Below, piece by piece: positions 51,417 to 63,953 of a stretch of 64,000 bases of DNA. The notes below the pieces were generated by a model. It saw nothing but the letters and a program-made list of their open reading frames with translations. It made no database searches and was not told the DNA's origin. Position 1 is the stretch's first letter. Every line of letters begins with the position of its first letter. Position numbers and translations under genes: made by a program. Location of the stretch: the NCBI GenBank assembly GCA_977030845.1, contig OZ365118.1, forward strand, positions 16,988,001-17,052,000, given 5' to 3'. This DNA comes from Fimbriosthenelais zetlandica. Its lineage: Eukaryota.

Positions 51417-53895
51417 CTATAAAAAGGCATACTCTTTTTTGCAAACTTAGGCTTTTCTGTCCCCTGATATCTTCCTGATTCTTACATGTGTCCACTGCTG
51501 CATGGATGACATTTCAAGCCACATCCGAATAAAATACTTCTAGAAGATTCCCTTTGCCATTGTAAAGATATATAGCAGAGGAAACGTCCGGATTCATATG
51601 AGAGATGTTTGCAAGTATCCAACCTAAGTGTTATTCACATAATTGATAGACATTCTGCGTTTTTGATTGTCACTGGCATGACATTAAAAATTACTGTCAT
51701 TGAAAAATCGCTCATACTGAGGATTTATGCTTCTGTTTCGAATTCCACGTGGGTTTCAGTGACAAAACTCTGCCCTATTTTACAGCCTACTGCAAGGCGT
51801 GGAATCATCTGGACGGATCTCAGGCATCATTTCTTATAAACGGTTTTTGAGAGGGTGGCAAAGCCTCCCACGGGCCATCACTCACGGGCTTTTTGACACA
51901 TCCTTTATCATGAAATCAGGACTAATCGATGGTGGGAGAGCCCCTCTGATAGAACCCCCACTTGGTCATCAAGACTTGGCTCATTATTCATAAGTGTCTC
52001 CATCCCTCCCCTTGTATGTTACCATCTAATGCAATCTATTACACATATTATATATAGGCCGCATGATAAATGACTTTGCCTATATGTGATGTGTGTAAGG
52101 CTGGATTAATATAATGGGCTGTGGCAGATGGTGGGGAAATATTGGCATGGATCCTGTCTGGTAAATATAATTATGCTCAGACAGGGTGTTGATATATGCC
52201 GTGTGTTCATGGGTTGTTTTTTCTCTGCAGTGGAGTGCTACACCAAGCAGAAAAGTGACCATGATTTAATGCCTGTATACATATATCTTCACCCACTCTA
52301 TTCCATCGTCAGTTGGACGAGTGATGAATGTGGGGAGCATAACCTAGACTCCCTCAGCCTGTCATTCTAAAACCTACTCCGCAAGGTGTATTATTAAATG
52401 CCCATTCCATCCTTGCTCTCCGTTCTGTAGTGCCGTAAATTTGCCACAAATGACATATGCCATACAGCATTTCCCCTGAACTTCAATATTACATTTCCTC
52501 CGAATTTCAAAGTTATTCACGAGGCTTGGGTCTATGATTTATAGTTTTTGACTAACACATATGTCACTTTCTTTCAGACTTTGACGTCTGTCATTCCAGT
52601 GAATTCCAGTGCATCAAACATCCTAAAGTAGTTTCCTGAACTAAACATTACAGCTTCCATATATCATCTTAGCTAATCAAGGTGTGTAACATACTTATTC
52701 CTCCATAAAGGCACTTTATCTAACGGTTTTCCTATAATTGGAAAGCAATTAATTGCTTACATTTAAGAGCTAGATTCTATATCGCTTACCAAACATTAAT
52801 GCATTATTTATTATGATTGCTCATCCGATTTATTTGCTACTTCATACTTACTGAGTTATTTTTCTACCAAGTTCTTATAGCGTACATAAAACTGCTATAA
52901 ATTATATGACGTTATCCTTTTTGAACCCCATTCCCTGAATATAAAAAATTCTGGTATGAAATGACTGCTGACAAATGGTGTTAACTTTGTCAAAAAGCCC
53001 AAAAGTATGTTGAAGTGTGTAGTCTTTCCATCGACTGTGGAAAACCACTTCAACTTCATGCCACTGTTATATTCGTGGCAAGGACCCTTTTAAACTGATA
53101 GACCCATTTTACATTCTCAGGTCAAATATATTCACGACGTAAAGTGACCCTTAAGTGTAACTCGGGATTTTGTAGTTGAAATTGGTGTTTAATGCTGAGA
53201 TAATTACTTTCTGTACCGGGGTAATATCTCCAGTGGCTGTTCTTTATTAGAATCTTCTGGATACATTCTCTTCAGACTGTTAATTATGACCAGACATCCC
53301 CATGTTGATTACTCCCTTCATTATGTAGATTCCCATGTAGATTCCTTGAGAGGGGCGCAAGGGGAGTATCATTAAATGGATAAGGTGTCTCAAAGGATTA
53401 ACCATGAGAAAAATATAACATTAATGAATATGTCATTGGGAATCTTGGGGAATACTTCATTCGATCCTCCCAAATCAGTCTCCCTCTCCGACTCCTATAG
53501 CCGTGGTGTGCGCGGCAAAGTCAATATAGGGATACACCTCCCCAGCGTGTTTCAAAACGAATTAGCCAAACCCTCTGTCAATCCAACTCTAGGATTGTGA
53601 AGCATGAATAGTCAATTGATGGCATTATCCTCTCATTTTCTGATATTCCTATCCCCCTGCTCGGCACTACATATTCCCATTCAAATCGAGCCCAACTCAT
53701 TGGAGATGAGCGCAGCGTAACTGAATTATACAACTTGCCTCCCCTTGCAATGATTCCCACTGATTAGCCATTCCCACCAACATAGGGCCAGGCAGAGAAT
53801 GGGAATCTATCAAGGCATGACAATGGACCTTTTTATGTCCTCTTGGCAATTATATTGCATATCTATAAATCGGGCTGTATTTCTGCATCTGTCAG

Positions 53896-54015
53896 CTGAA
53901 GTCAGGGCTAGGTGGAGTGATAAGTTTCATGGAGGAAGGAGATCGATTATCTGAAGAGTTTAGCTCATTTAGGAGGTGCAATGCTGGGCTGCAGCGACTG
54001 CTTGACCCTGATATG
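53896..54015 (+). other. Candidate 120-nt exon (or CNE)
   Basis: Acceptor gtatttctgcatctgtcag| and moderate donor ATG|GTCAGT; phase 0-0; open as LKSGLGGVISFMEEGDRLSEEFSSFRRCNAGLQRLLDPDM; locally GC/CpG-richer than flanks. Confidence 0.22.
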
Positions 54016-55289
54016 GTCAGTCTAGAAGGATTATTCACGCCTTTGAGAGTATTACCCGAAGCTCCGAGGCCCGGGACTGAATTACCCAATGGATTCGGGC
54101 GAGTGCGTATGAGGGAGGTGGTAAATAAATGTCGCTGGTTGCAGCCGACAGCAATCTCAAGTGGTTAAACTCCTACAAAATGATATCCATCAAAGTCCTC
54201 TCTGGTCAGGACTGGCTTCCCAATCTATCCCCCAAAACTGTTTCTCCCTTAAGAAGCAGCAGCCTGTACTGGTAAAGCTACTGATCCCAGACCAGTCTTT
54301 TGCACTGGAAATGTATATCAGCCCACATTGCCAAGCATGTAATGGCTTATAGCTATACAAGAAAACCTGATTTTTTGTGTTATGTTTATAAATCTCTTCA
54401 CAAGTAATCGCATGCATATTGCTGAAATGCCTGAATGTATGTGGCTTATTAAGAAAATTTAAATTAGGGCATGCTGCCTCTTGTAGGGTTGGAGCCAAAT
54501 ACCTGAAAATGCCATTCATAGGAGATAATCCTTGCAGGGAATGGAAACTAAGTATGGCATAATGCAGTCCTAATTTGAATTTATTTTAAATGAATAATGG
54601 ACTTTTTATGGCAATTTCCCTGTAGTACAGCTGTACCATTGATACCTAGGGATCATTAAAAAGCAATCCCTGGAAGGCAATCCATGTTAAATGGCGTCAG
54701 ATAGAGCCTGAAGAGGATGTTTAAATTCAGTGAAATAATACATTGTGTCCGATGGCTGTATAGGGTCGTCTTACAGCCCGGCTTGTCTGTCTGCTTTCTT
54801 CATTTATGAGACTATGAACAAAAGCGTCTGTCAGGGATATAGGATTGCACCAGACATCTATAATCTATAGGCACTCTGTCAGACTTGAGATTATACTGAC
54901 AAGGCTGAATAGCCTCTCAAATTGGCTGTATACAAATTGAGTGAAAATCTTTTCAACCAAAGATTATGGCGAGACTATAATTTCTGTAATACAGGCTATG
55001 AATTATGTTGTCTATAGGCTGTATGTTCCAATGGTCGGCCGTAATTGATTGTTCTGTGTTATAACGCAAAATTTGAAATTTATTTTTGAAAAATATGAAA
55101 CTTATTATAGCTAGTGAATTTTAGAGTAAACTTATTTATGTGTGAATGGATCCACTCTATTTGCCCATTTTAAATGTTGAAATTCAATTCAATTCACTCA
55201 AATCTTTTGGGGGATAATATTAATCATTTGATAGGATGCAGTTCATCTCACTGAGTCATACTAAACCTATTGTTTCGCAGTTTTATATT

Positions 55290-55540
55290 GTCAAAATCTG
55301 CGCATGCTCAGTCCGATGCAAAACTTCAAATTTAATCAAAGCTGGATTTCTGGCGATAATCCGTGCAAATTTGAATTGATGTGAAATATTACCGTGGAGG
55401 GATTTGCATCTCTCTTCATATGAAATGTTTTATTCTAATTCATAATTCCGGTGAATAATTAGTTTTCGCCAATGATTAAGTTTCGATTTACATTTTATCC
55501 GCATCAGAATGGGAATTACGGACAGTCCGGGTAATGTTAT
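55290..55540. promoter_or_regulatory. POU/octamer-type motif cluster (candidate enhancer)
   Basis: ATTTGCAT 55402 (perfect octamer), ATGCAAAA 55316, GTGCAAAT 55363, palindrome TTCATATGAA 55415; NRF1-like TGCGCATGCTCA ~55299. Confidence 0.4.
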
Positions 55541-56779
55541 GCATGTAATACCACTAGAAAATTACACAGTGTAACATTGTAGATTTCCTGCTTTAATATT
55601 CATGAGATAGAATGATGGTTTTAGTCTGAAAATCCTGGAGTGATCACGAAATGCTCTCGTGTAATAGGGGCCAACTTATTACCCTGAAATCTATTGATTT
55701 ATCTCCACCCACACCCTCTGCTCTTGAGTCTTGCTCCCTTTGACAACATTGTTGTTTTTGCACCCACTTTTACCATGTTTCATTGCACACAAACTTTGAT
55801 GGTGAAAAAGTGGCCAGAATTTGCCCATCACTGTGAAGTGTATCAGGTTCTTTTCCGCTGCCGAATGAAGCGGGCAGGGAGAATGTGACCCAATAGGCGA
55901 GTAAGTCGGGGATTGGGTGGACTGAGAATGTGGTTATTTCACTGAGAAGGCCACTTGTAATCTCCGTCCATCTTGGCCACCATATCCGGCTGGTTGGAGG
56001 GAGTTTACATAGGGCAGCACTAAATGCTGGACATAGCATTGGTGCTCCCATCTCTCTTATACAGACCACCATGCCTCGTCAGGCACTCCGCATGTACACG
56101 CATTCCCCATTGCTTAAATCTTAAATGTTTCAATGTCCCATACTAATAAGGAATCTGAGATACAACAGGCCCATGTTCACCTTGTGACGATGTTGCACAC
56201 TCCCTCAATAAGTATAATGAAGCCATTTCATGCTAAGCAAACATCACAAGTGAAGATCAAGAATCACAAGTGCCATAACATGTTTCACTTATTTCTCCTG
56301 TCATTTCTCACAATTGATTTACACTCAAACAATGGAACGCGTCCATTTATCTTGTGTGCATAAAACTGGCAGACGCGTGCTTTTGGCCGGAGGAATGACT
56401 TGGCATTTTACACGCATGCTGGATGGGTTAATATCCGTTTTGGAAACAAACATGTTCATGTTTAGCTCCAGGCTTGATCAACTTCAAAAACCCTCCATTG
56501 TGTTGAGCGTTTTCATTATTGCTCTCACTGGGCCAAATATAACATGGCTGACTTAATATTTATTTCATCAACTTTGCAACAGTGCAGCAACTGATCTAGG
56601 CTTTATTGGATACCAGTGTGATACTATAATTATAATGAATTATATCGGGTTAGATGGTCATGGGAAATAGCACTGGAAAGTTTGAGATTGGTAACTGACA
56701 TTTATCCCTGGATGAGGGAGAGGATATTCTATTTGAGGAACTATTTTCACTTGGAGATTTGCCTGTGGATCTCCAGGGC

Positions 56780-57000
56780 ATGACGTCTCTATTATAGGCG
56801 TAGTAATACCCTGTGCCAATCATAGCTCGTCCCTCATGTCCAGATCTTCCTTCTAGTTTAAAGAGATCAATAATCTATTGATTGGACATTGATATAGGCG
56901 CTGACGTCCAGGAGGGCATGCTGGCTGGTCTCCCCTGCCCATTGATGGTCAATATTCGCTTGCCCTCAGTCCCCCTTCCCCCTCCTGCCCCTCCCCACGC
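56780..57000. promoter_or_regulatory. CRE/CCAAT/GC-box promoter-like module
   Basis: TGACGTC 56781 and 56902; CCAAT 56816; ATTGG 56881; GCCCCTCCCC 56987. Confidence 0.35.
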
Positions 57001-58249
57001 GTAGAGATACGTTACACAATGATCAGAGGGGGCATATGGACGTCCATTCACCCAAGGGAAAAAGTTCCTCTGAGAAAAATAGTTCTCCTAAAGGCTGAAT
57101 CCAAATCTCTTCCCTTTCCAACTTCTATATTATGAATCTATTTGAAAAGCATCCATTCCGTCCTCCTATCTTTCTATCAAAACCAGACATCCATGCAACC
57201 CGTCCCACAACATTGCCGCAACCATTCTGATTTCCCATGTTTCTGGGAAATATATCTGAAATGATGTTATAATGCTACATTTGATACCTAAACATACAAT
57301 ATTTGTTTTAATATTATATGGGTTTAGAAATATAGACATCATGGGTAGTATAGTCAGTAAAATTCAGAGGGAATAATATTCATTCCAGTAAAGTACAATT
57401 ATAGTTTAAGCGGTGGTGTTGAATTGTTAAAGCCACTTGGAATTGGAAATGACCAATTCTTGTTAGACGGAGTATAGTCTTTGCTGTTATATGAATGAAT
57501 TTCTCCTGGATTTCTCCCCAGCTTCTCATTACGCTGCATGGGGCGACCTTTCTCAGGCGTGAGTGAATGATGAATCACCCTGATGGGGGCATTTCCCAGT
57601 TGAGATTCACCAAAAAGCTTCTTCACATTCTAATATTTCCATTGAGCTCCTGGTTTATTTTTGCATTTGCATCCTTGAATTGAATTCTGATAAGTTAGGG
57701 AAATCATCTGGAACAATATTGATATGGGATTTATTCCTAATTTTTGATTGATTGGGTATATTTCTATATTGCTTTCTATATTTTCTTTAATTGTTTGTGT
57801 TCTTCATTACTAGAACGCAACAGTATGCATATTTTAGTCATTTTAAAAACATAGAGCTCTGTGATGTGTAAGAACAAACCCACGGCAGGAAAAATGTCAC
57901 TACAGACCAGCTGTACATGTGGCCATTTGCATCATTATTCAATCAGTCACTCAAAACCATATTTCTGCACCTGTAATATGGGTGCCCCTAATTAACTTAT
58001 TAAACATGATAATTGCATTTTCATAAAGTATGCCCTCATTTATTGGATTAGAGCTACCCAGAAGAGGAACCTATCATATAAAGCACTGGGGTTACAGCCT
58101 GGTGGAAGGTACATTTATAAATATAATTCCTGCTAAGTCATTTAATTGCCTTTAGTCCTACAACTACTGCAGTTTGGTGGCATGCACTTTAAAGGATAGC
58201 CACTGTGCAAAGAGTAAAAAGTGTGATGGGAGTAAGATTTCTGATCGAA

Positions 58250-58560
58250 GAGCGTACTCATCAGTTTAAGCCAATGCTTTAAAAGAAATAACCCTCGCTC
58301 TAATTGGTAAACACCAGCGTGATAGAATTGAGCATGTTTTGCAAATTTAGCAACTGCTTATCCTTGTCGGACCACAAGCAAACATTGAGATTGCTGTTTT
58401 GCATGACATGTTAGAATGACAATTGACGCCCATCAATTTGTGGCTTGCGAAGCGCGTAAATTTGCCTCCACGTTGGATGTGCCAGCCCGTGAATCATCAC
58501 TGATAACTGCAGTGGGGAAAAAGTCGTCCCAAGCGCCTCCTGATTATCCAAGGAATAAAG
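58250..58560. promoter_or_regulatory. CpG-retaining block (candidate CNE)
   Basis: Local CpG excess (gcgaagcgcgtaa, cccgtgaatc) with TAATTG, CAATTG and TGACA cores. Confidence 0.3.
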
Positions 58561-60087
58561 CCTTTTTTGTTTTGGTTTACACAGAATTAAAGCCGTTGCC
58601 AAAAACTAAAGCTTTTCTAAAAGGTCCCAAAGTGTGGAATTTTGTAGCAATGCCTTTTAGATCTTTCACCATTGAATCAGGAGCCTTGGTGCTCTGAAAC
58701 CAGCTTAGTAGCAGCATTTGAAATCGATATGAATTAAAGGGAATTTCTGCTCGGGCAAGGTAGGATGCCACAGTGGTAGATTTACCGAGATCTTTATAAC
58801 ACAATACATCCTTAAAATACCTCTAAAAGAGTGCATTTTTGGAATGTCTCTGTTCAGGGGATTTTCCTTATGACACCCATGGGAATGACCCCCTTGATCA
58901 TAATGGGGCTCCTTATCTTTTTCCTTATTAAGAAACCATTGGAACATGTTGAAAGGGGTCTGATCGTAACACCTCAATGGAGTTTTAGTAAAGACAGTTT
59001 TTAATTGATTATGATACATCACAGGACACCTTTTCCTTTTATAATACTCTCAATCAGTTAACCCTTAAATGGATGATTCTGATGCAAATGTATTGATACA
59101 TAATACATCAGTTTTTTGATGTAATACGTAATGACAAGTGATAGTAAATTGTGTCATTTAGGAGTCATATTCTGAGCTGGTCTTGGACCGCCTTGATATT
59201 TCTTACTTAGGGAATCCCACGGTGGACGACCAATCATATTAACCTATTTTTTAACTGCTCACAACCGGCTACTCAATCAATAATCTAAAAGGCAGGTTGA
59301 GATCCTATCAATCTCCTGGCAAAACTAGGGGTGTTGATCAATTTAATTAATTGCTGGCGCCAGGTTATTCATCGATAAATCATCTCCCTTTCACAGGATC
59401 CACAGAGTGCCTGGATTGGTGTCAAAACTACAAGAAGCAAGTCAAAGAGTAGGAGTGGGGAGGGAGGAGGATCATGGGGAGTAAGCTCCAAAAGACACTG
59501 CTACATGTACTCAGTAACCCAATACTTGCTGTGTGTCCAGAATGTCGACTGGAACACTGTGCAGCTATGAGAATCTTGCAAATATATTTGTCAAATAGGT
59601 TGAAATTGATCATCCTAATATTACGGATCAGGTGTTGATGATGCTGCCATGCAATATTTCAGGAAATTGCCAAAGTTTTATGAGTATCTCAACGGTTTCA
59701 GCATCTTAAAACGACACTTTTTCATCCCAATGCAATAAGACAGAGCAGGGTCCACTCATATTTGTCAGGAGTTATCCTTTTCAAATTGAAGCTGAGAATA
59801 TACAAAATATCTGCTCATGCCAAAGTTCTACAGTGCAGTGTAAGCCCTTTGAGAAAGAAACAAAGATGCTGCCACTTTCTTGTCTCGAACACTAACTGCA
59901 CCAATAAACTAAATGGATTGCACCCATCAGCCAACAGGACTCCTTCATTCTAATCTCTTCGTCTAAGATGAATTCATAATTTCCTTTCGGCATAATTTGA
60001 GGTGCAGGCAAGCGTATTAAAGGCGAACGGTGGCGAGACCCATTGAAAACAAACATAAAATAAATCAAAGTTTTCTTCTTCTGATGC

Positions 60088-60113
60088 CATTCAAATGAGT
60101 TTCCATTTGAATG
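60088..60113. repeat. Perfect 10-bp inverted repeat with 6-nt spacer
   Basis: CATTCAAATG-agtttc-CATTTGAATG. Confidence 0.85.
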
Positions 60114-60959
60114 TTGTGCTCGCTTGCCTCCTTCCTTCGTCTGCATGGGCGAATTAGTAATTTCTTCCCCAAGTTGGAGGCGATTGAATTGCAGAGGATT
60201 GACGTATTTTGCATAAAACACTAAGAATATGTTTTAGGGAGAAGTTAGAAGGAGTCTGTGAAGGAGTAGTGCCCATGGCCCTTTATTTGGATCATTTTGG
60301 CATTGATTGCAGCACTTGGGCTTCTGCTTTAATACATTTGGCTGAATTTTAATTGCTGCATTTGGATAAATGCACTCCCACAATGAATCCGAAGCATCGG
60401 GAGGGTAGGAGCGGGGGTTTCAGGATGATTATTTCTCCTTCCGGTATGAGCTCAGCAGGTTTATAGATTGTAAAATTCATTTTACGTCATCCTGCTTGCA
60501 TTGAAACAATGTGGATTATCATGCACTTGTTTCAGAGGCGGATTTTCACTGTAGGGTGCAGTGTTCATGTATAAAACAATGACACAACAGCTCAATTTGT
60601 TATTCGTTATAGAAACTCATCTTCACCACTGCAACTCATGATCCTTGGATATAATTCCAGCCTCAAATTTCCGTCATAAAGATAGTCGGGATAGGAAAAC
60701 CTGAGCAGAGAAGTGGGAAATGAAAATGGAACCCAATAACGGCGAGCAGAACCCAGATTACTGAAAAAACAGATAGTGTAATATATGGGACTGAGAGAGA
60801 TTGGCAGAGATAACAGTAAGTCTGGTCATCCAGGAAATTAGCTCACCTCTAGGCGGGAGGCTTGACCAACCACCTCACAGGTGGGACTGGTGGTGGGAGG
60901 CGTCACTACTCCAGGGTTTAGGTCTATCCCACCTGCTCATACTGACCACGGGATGGGGC

Positions 60960-60973
60960 GGGGGGGGGGGGGG
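60960..60973. repeat. G14 homopolymer
   Basis: Read directly. Confidence 0.95.
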
Positions 60974-61319
60974 TAAGTTGTATTACACTTGTAAAAAGAA
61001 AGGATAAGCGGAAATAACAATTGACCCCCAAACACCAATTTGGACCTGCCATTGCCTTCACAAACAACTGATGCAAAAACAGTGGGAGGGACAACTCATA
61101 AATCTCCTGAAATGAATGGAATTCTCGCACCGCCCACATTTTATTGGTTTCCAATGAAATTAAGTGAGGCAGATTGTTTGGAATCCAGCTTTTCTTGTCC
61201 AAGTAGGACCAAATACATTTGTGAACTCTTACGATAATTCATATGAATAACAGTGTTGGACCTTTGGTTTACTTCATATAGTATACTGTTTTGTTAGGCA
61301 AAATACCCTGGCCTTTAAA

Positions 61320-61347
61320 GGGTGGGTCGGGTGCGGGTGGGCAGGGG
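61320..61347 (+). other. Six-tract short-loop G-quadruplex motif
   Basis: GGG T GGG TC GGG TGC GGG T GGG CA GGGG. Confidence 0.7.
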
Positions 61348-61759
61348 TGAATGCCCTTGGATCCACTCATGGAAGCCACTATAGTTGGCTAAGATGTCTA
61401 GCCTCTTAGACTTGGACTTGCTATATCTATCAGGCGCTCTTCACTGTAAAATCGGGTTAAGTAGTCAGTGGCCACTTGAAGGCCTTGTGACAATGGCAGC
61501 TCATCAATAAACCATTGATTAGGTGAACAGGCGGTCATGTCACCCACCCCTGACTACTAGCTCCCCTGGCGCCAGTACCACTAAACGGGTAAGCTAACAC
61601 CTTGCCCAGAAAACGATGGATGTGTGTGCTGCTATAGGATTCCCATCTATAATGAACGTCATGAAATTCCTTTGACATTTTTAAAATACTGTACATGTAT
61701 GTTTTTTTTCGGCATTAATTGTTAGCTTCTCTTTCCCTCAGCCATTGATCATATCCGTC

Positions 61760-62040
61760 TCTTTTCATCCTCTATCATTCTTTCTCTCCCTCCCCCTCCC
61801 TGTCGCTCCCTTCCCCTCTCTGTCGCTCCCTTCCCCTCTCTGTCGCTCCCTTCCCCTCTCTGTCACTCCTTTCCCCTCTCTGTTGCTCCCTTTCTTGGCT
61901 TTCCACATTTCCCTGTCTCTTGCTTCCCCATCTCTCTGCCTCCCCCTTTCCGCTGGCTTCTCGCCTTTCCATCTGTCTTTTCCTCCCTTCCCCTGTTGCT
62001 TCCTTTCCTTTAGTCTCTTTCCCTTTCCCTCTACATCTCC
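61760..62040. repeat. Polypyrimidine tract with 20-bp minisatellite (TGTCGCTCCCTTCCCCTCTC x~4.6, 61801-61893)
   Basis: Three exact units at 61801-61860, one with two substitutions, one partial. Confidence 0.95.
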
Positions 62041-63896
62041 CCTTAGTAGAAGCTTTGGATTCAGAGGAGCATTCAGCCATTGAGGGATGATGGATAGCTG
62101 GAGCTGCAGGAGCTAGCTATGCTGCCTAATCTAAGATGGCGTCGATTGATGCACATGTTTTCCTGGGCTAGAATAATCTTTTCCCCTTGTAGATGCTGAG
62201 GGGGAGGGGCGGGGAGAGTGTGGGATTCTGTCCCCCCTTTCCTCACATAATCTAGGGCATCCTTGGTTATCCCATGGACCCGAGGAGAAACCAACTTGAC
62301 CCCATCTCTTACGTGGGAAGAATTGCAATTTTCGCATATAAACTGCGCTCCCAAAGTTTTCTTTATATGCAGCGAGTTGAGCAGCGGGCCCGCAAATGAT
62401 ACCCTGTCCCACAGTTGAATGGATCGATCCAAGAAAAAAGAATAAGAAGTTGATAAAAGAAGGAAGAGCGAGGAGCTGGCAATCTCTCTCTCCGGTCGCT
62501 CTCAGAGAGGGCTGGCTGATGGTAGATTTTTGTCAGAGAGAGAATGGTGATATTATGTATTATCACCTTGTCTCTTTCTTAGCCACTGTGAAAAATATAT
62601 GGCGGTCATATTTTACGGTGCGCTATATGATCATGATATTCAAGCGTCGATCCTTTCTTTTTCCCTTAATGGCATATCGGATTAACTATGAGACTTATCA
62701 TCAGAGAGAATCTTAGATTATAATCCATATTTATAGCAATTACTTCCTATTATACCCTTCATTAATCCATGAGATATATATGATATAAATACAAATATAG
62801 GGTCGACCTCTTTCTAATAATTTCTTTTTCTGCTATTTCCTACTATGCTGATCCATAAAATATTCTGATATGAAACGCCGATACATTACCAGTGTCATAA
62901 TTATCTAGCCTTTGTCAGAAACATCAATTTCAACCTGGGAAGATGATTAACACGTCAAGAATTCAATTGCAAACTGGATTTTTGTTTTTAGCTCACTCCG
63001 CCATCTTAAATTTATGCCTGCTGAAAATTGGGTTCCTTTGTTATTAATTTTCCATGTATTGCATTTTCAATTAAGGATTTACCAGTGAATCGAGGTGTCT
63101 GTAGGATCAATGGTGAAATTGCTAATGTTTTGTACTCCGCATTGTATAGGAATGTGTAAGTGGTTGGAGTACACCTACCATCGATTCTCAGCCATCTCTT
63201 CTCCCTTACAGAGAGGGAGTCTGGGAGCTTTACCTCCCAGTACCATCAGATGGTTTGATTATCAATAGAGACAATGGATCTCACCTCTCATAGAGCATAA
63301 ACATTGACAGTCTCCTCCAATTAACGCCCCAACAATAACACTTGGTGGATTCAGAGTGCGGGGGGGAGGGGGTCAGTTACCCTGAATGGGGTTTCCTAGT
63401 TACAAACTATGATTTAGAATGCCAAAATTCCATTGTGAGGATTTCCTTTAGGAATAATATGGAGCCCAGGCTCCTGGGGTTGTGTTTTCTGCTGTAACTA
63501 TATAGTGAACTTACACTACTTTTGAATACCCTTTGCATGCTTTCCAAGGCACATAATTGTGGGAGAAAAATAAGGAATTTGTACCTTTTTAACCGAATGA
63601 GGAACAAATTCACGAAAGGACATAATGTGTAGAGGTTTCTTATTGAGAATACAGAGTTGATAGAACCTAAAGGCTGTAGAACCTTTTTATTGGTCCTTCT
63701 TTATCAACATATGTAGAATGAAACCCCTCATTCTCATACCTCTATAGCTGCCAAGCTTCAAAGGCTCACGGCCTAGGTTGGACATGTTAATTATATTAAT
63801 CTGTGCTTAATCAAAATTGATGCATGGGAGAGGAAGTGGTTATTACGCCAGCAGTGCCAAGTATGTTAGTTCGATAAGGTATCGATTGGCGGTGGT

Positions 63897-63953
63897 GGGT
63901 GGGGAGGAAATGGGGTGGGTGTGTTGTGGATGTGGGGGTGGGGGGGGGGGGGG
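63897..63953 (+). other. G-rich / G-quadruplex motif including G14
   Basis: Multiple G>=3 runs; poly-G 63940-63953. Confidence 0.7.

Noticed and set aside
53831-53850. TTTTATGTCCTCTTGGCAAT resembling a fragment of the SHH limb enhancer (ZRS)
   Set aside because: Similarity is limited to ~20 nt around a generic HOX-type site; flanks do not match as I recall them
60114-60123. GTGCTCGCTT identical to the U6 snRNA 5' end
   Set aside because: Only 10 nt match and the rest of U6 is absent
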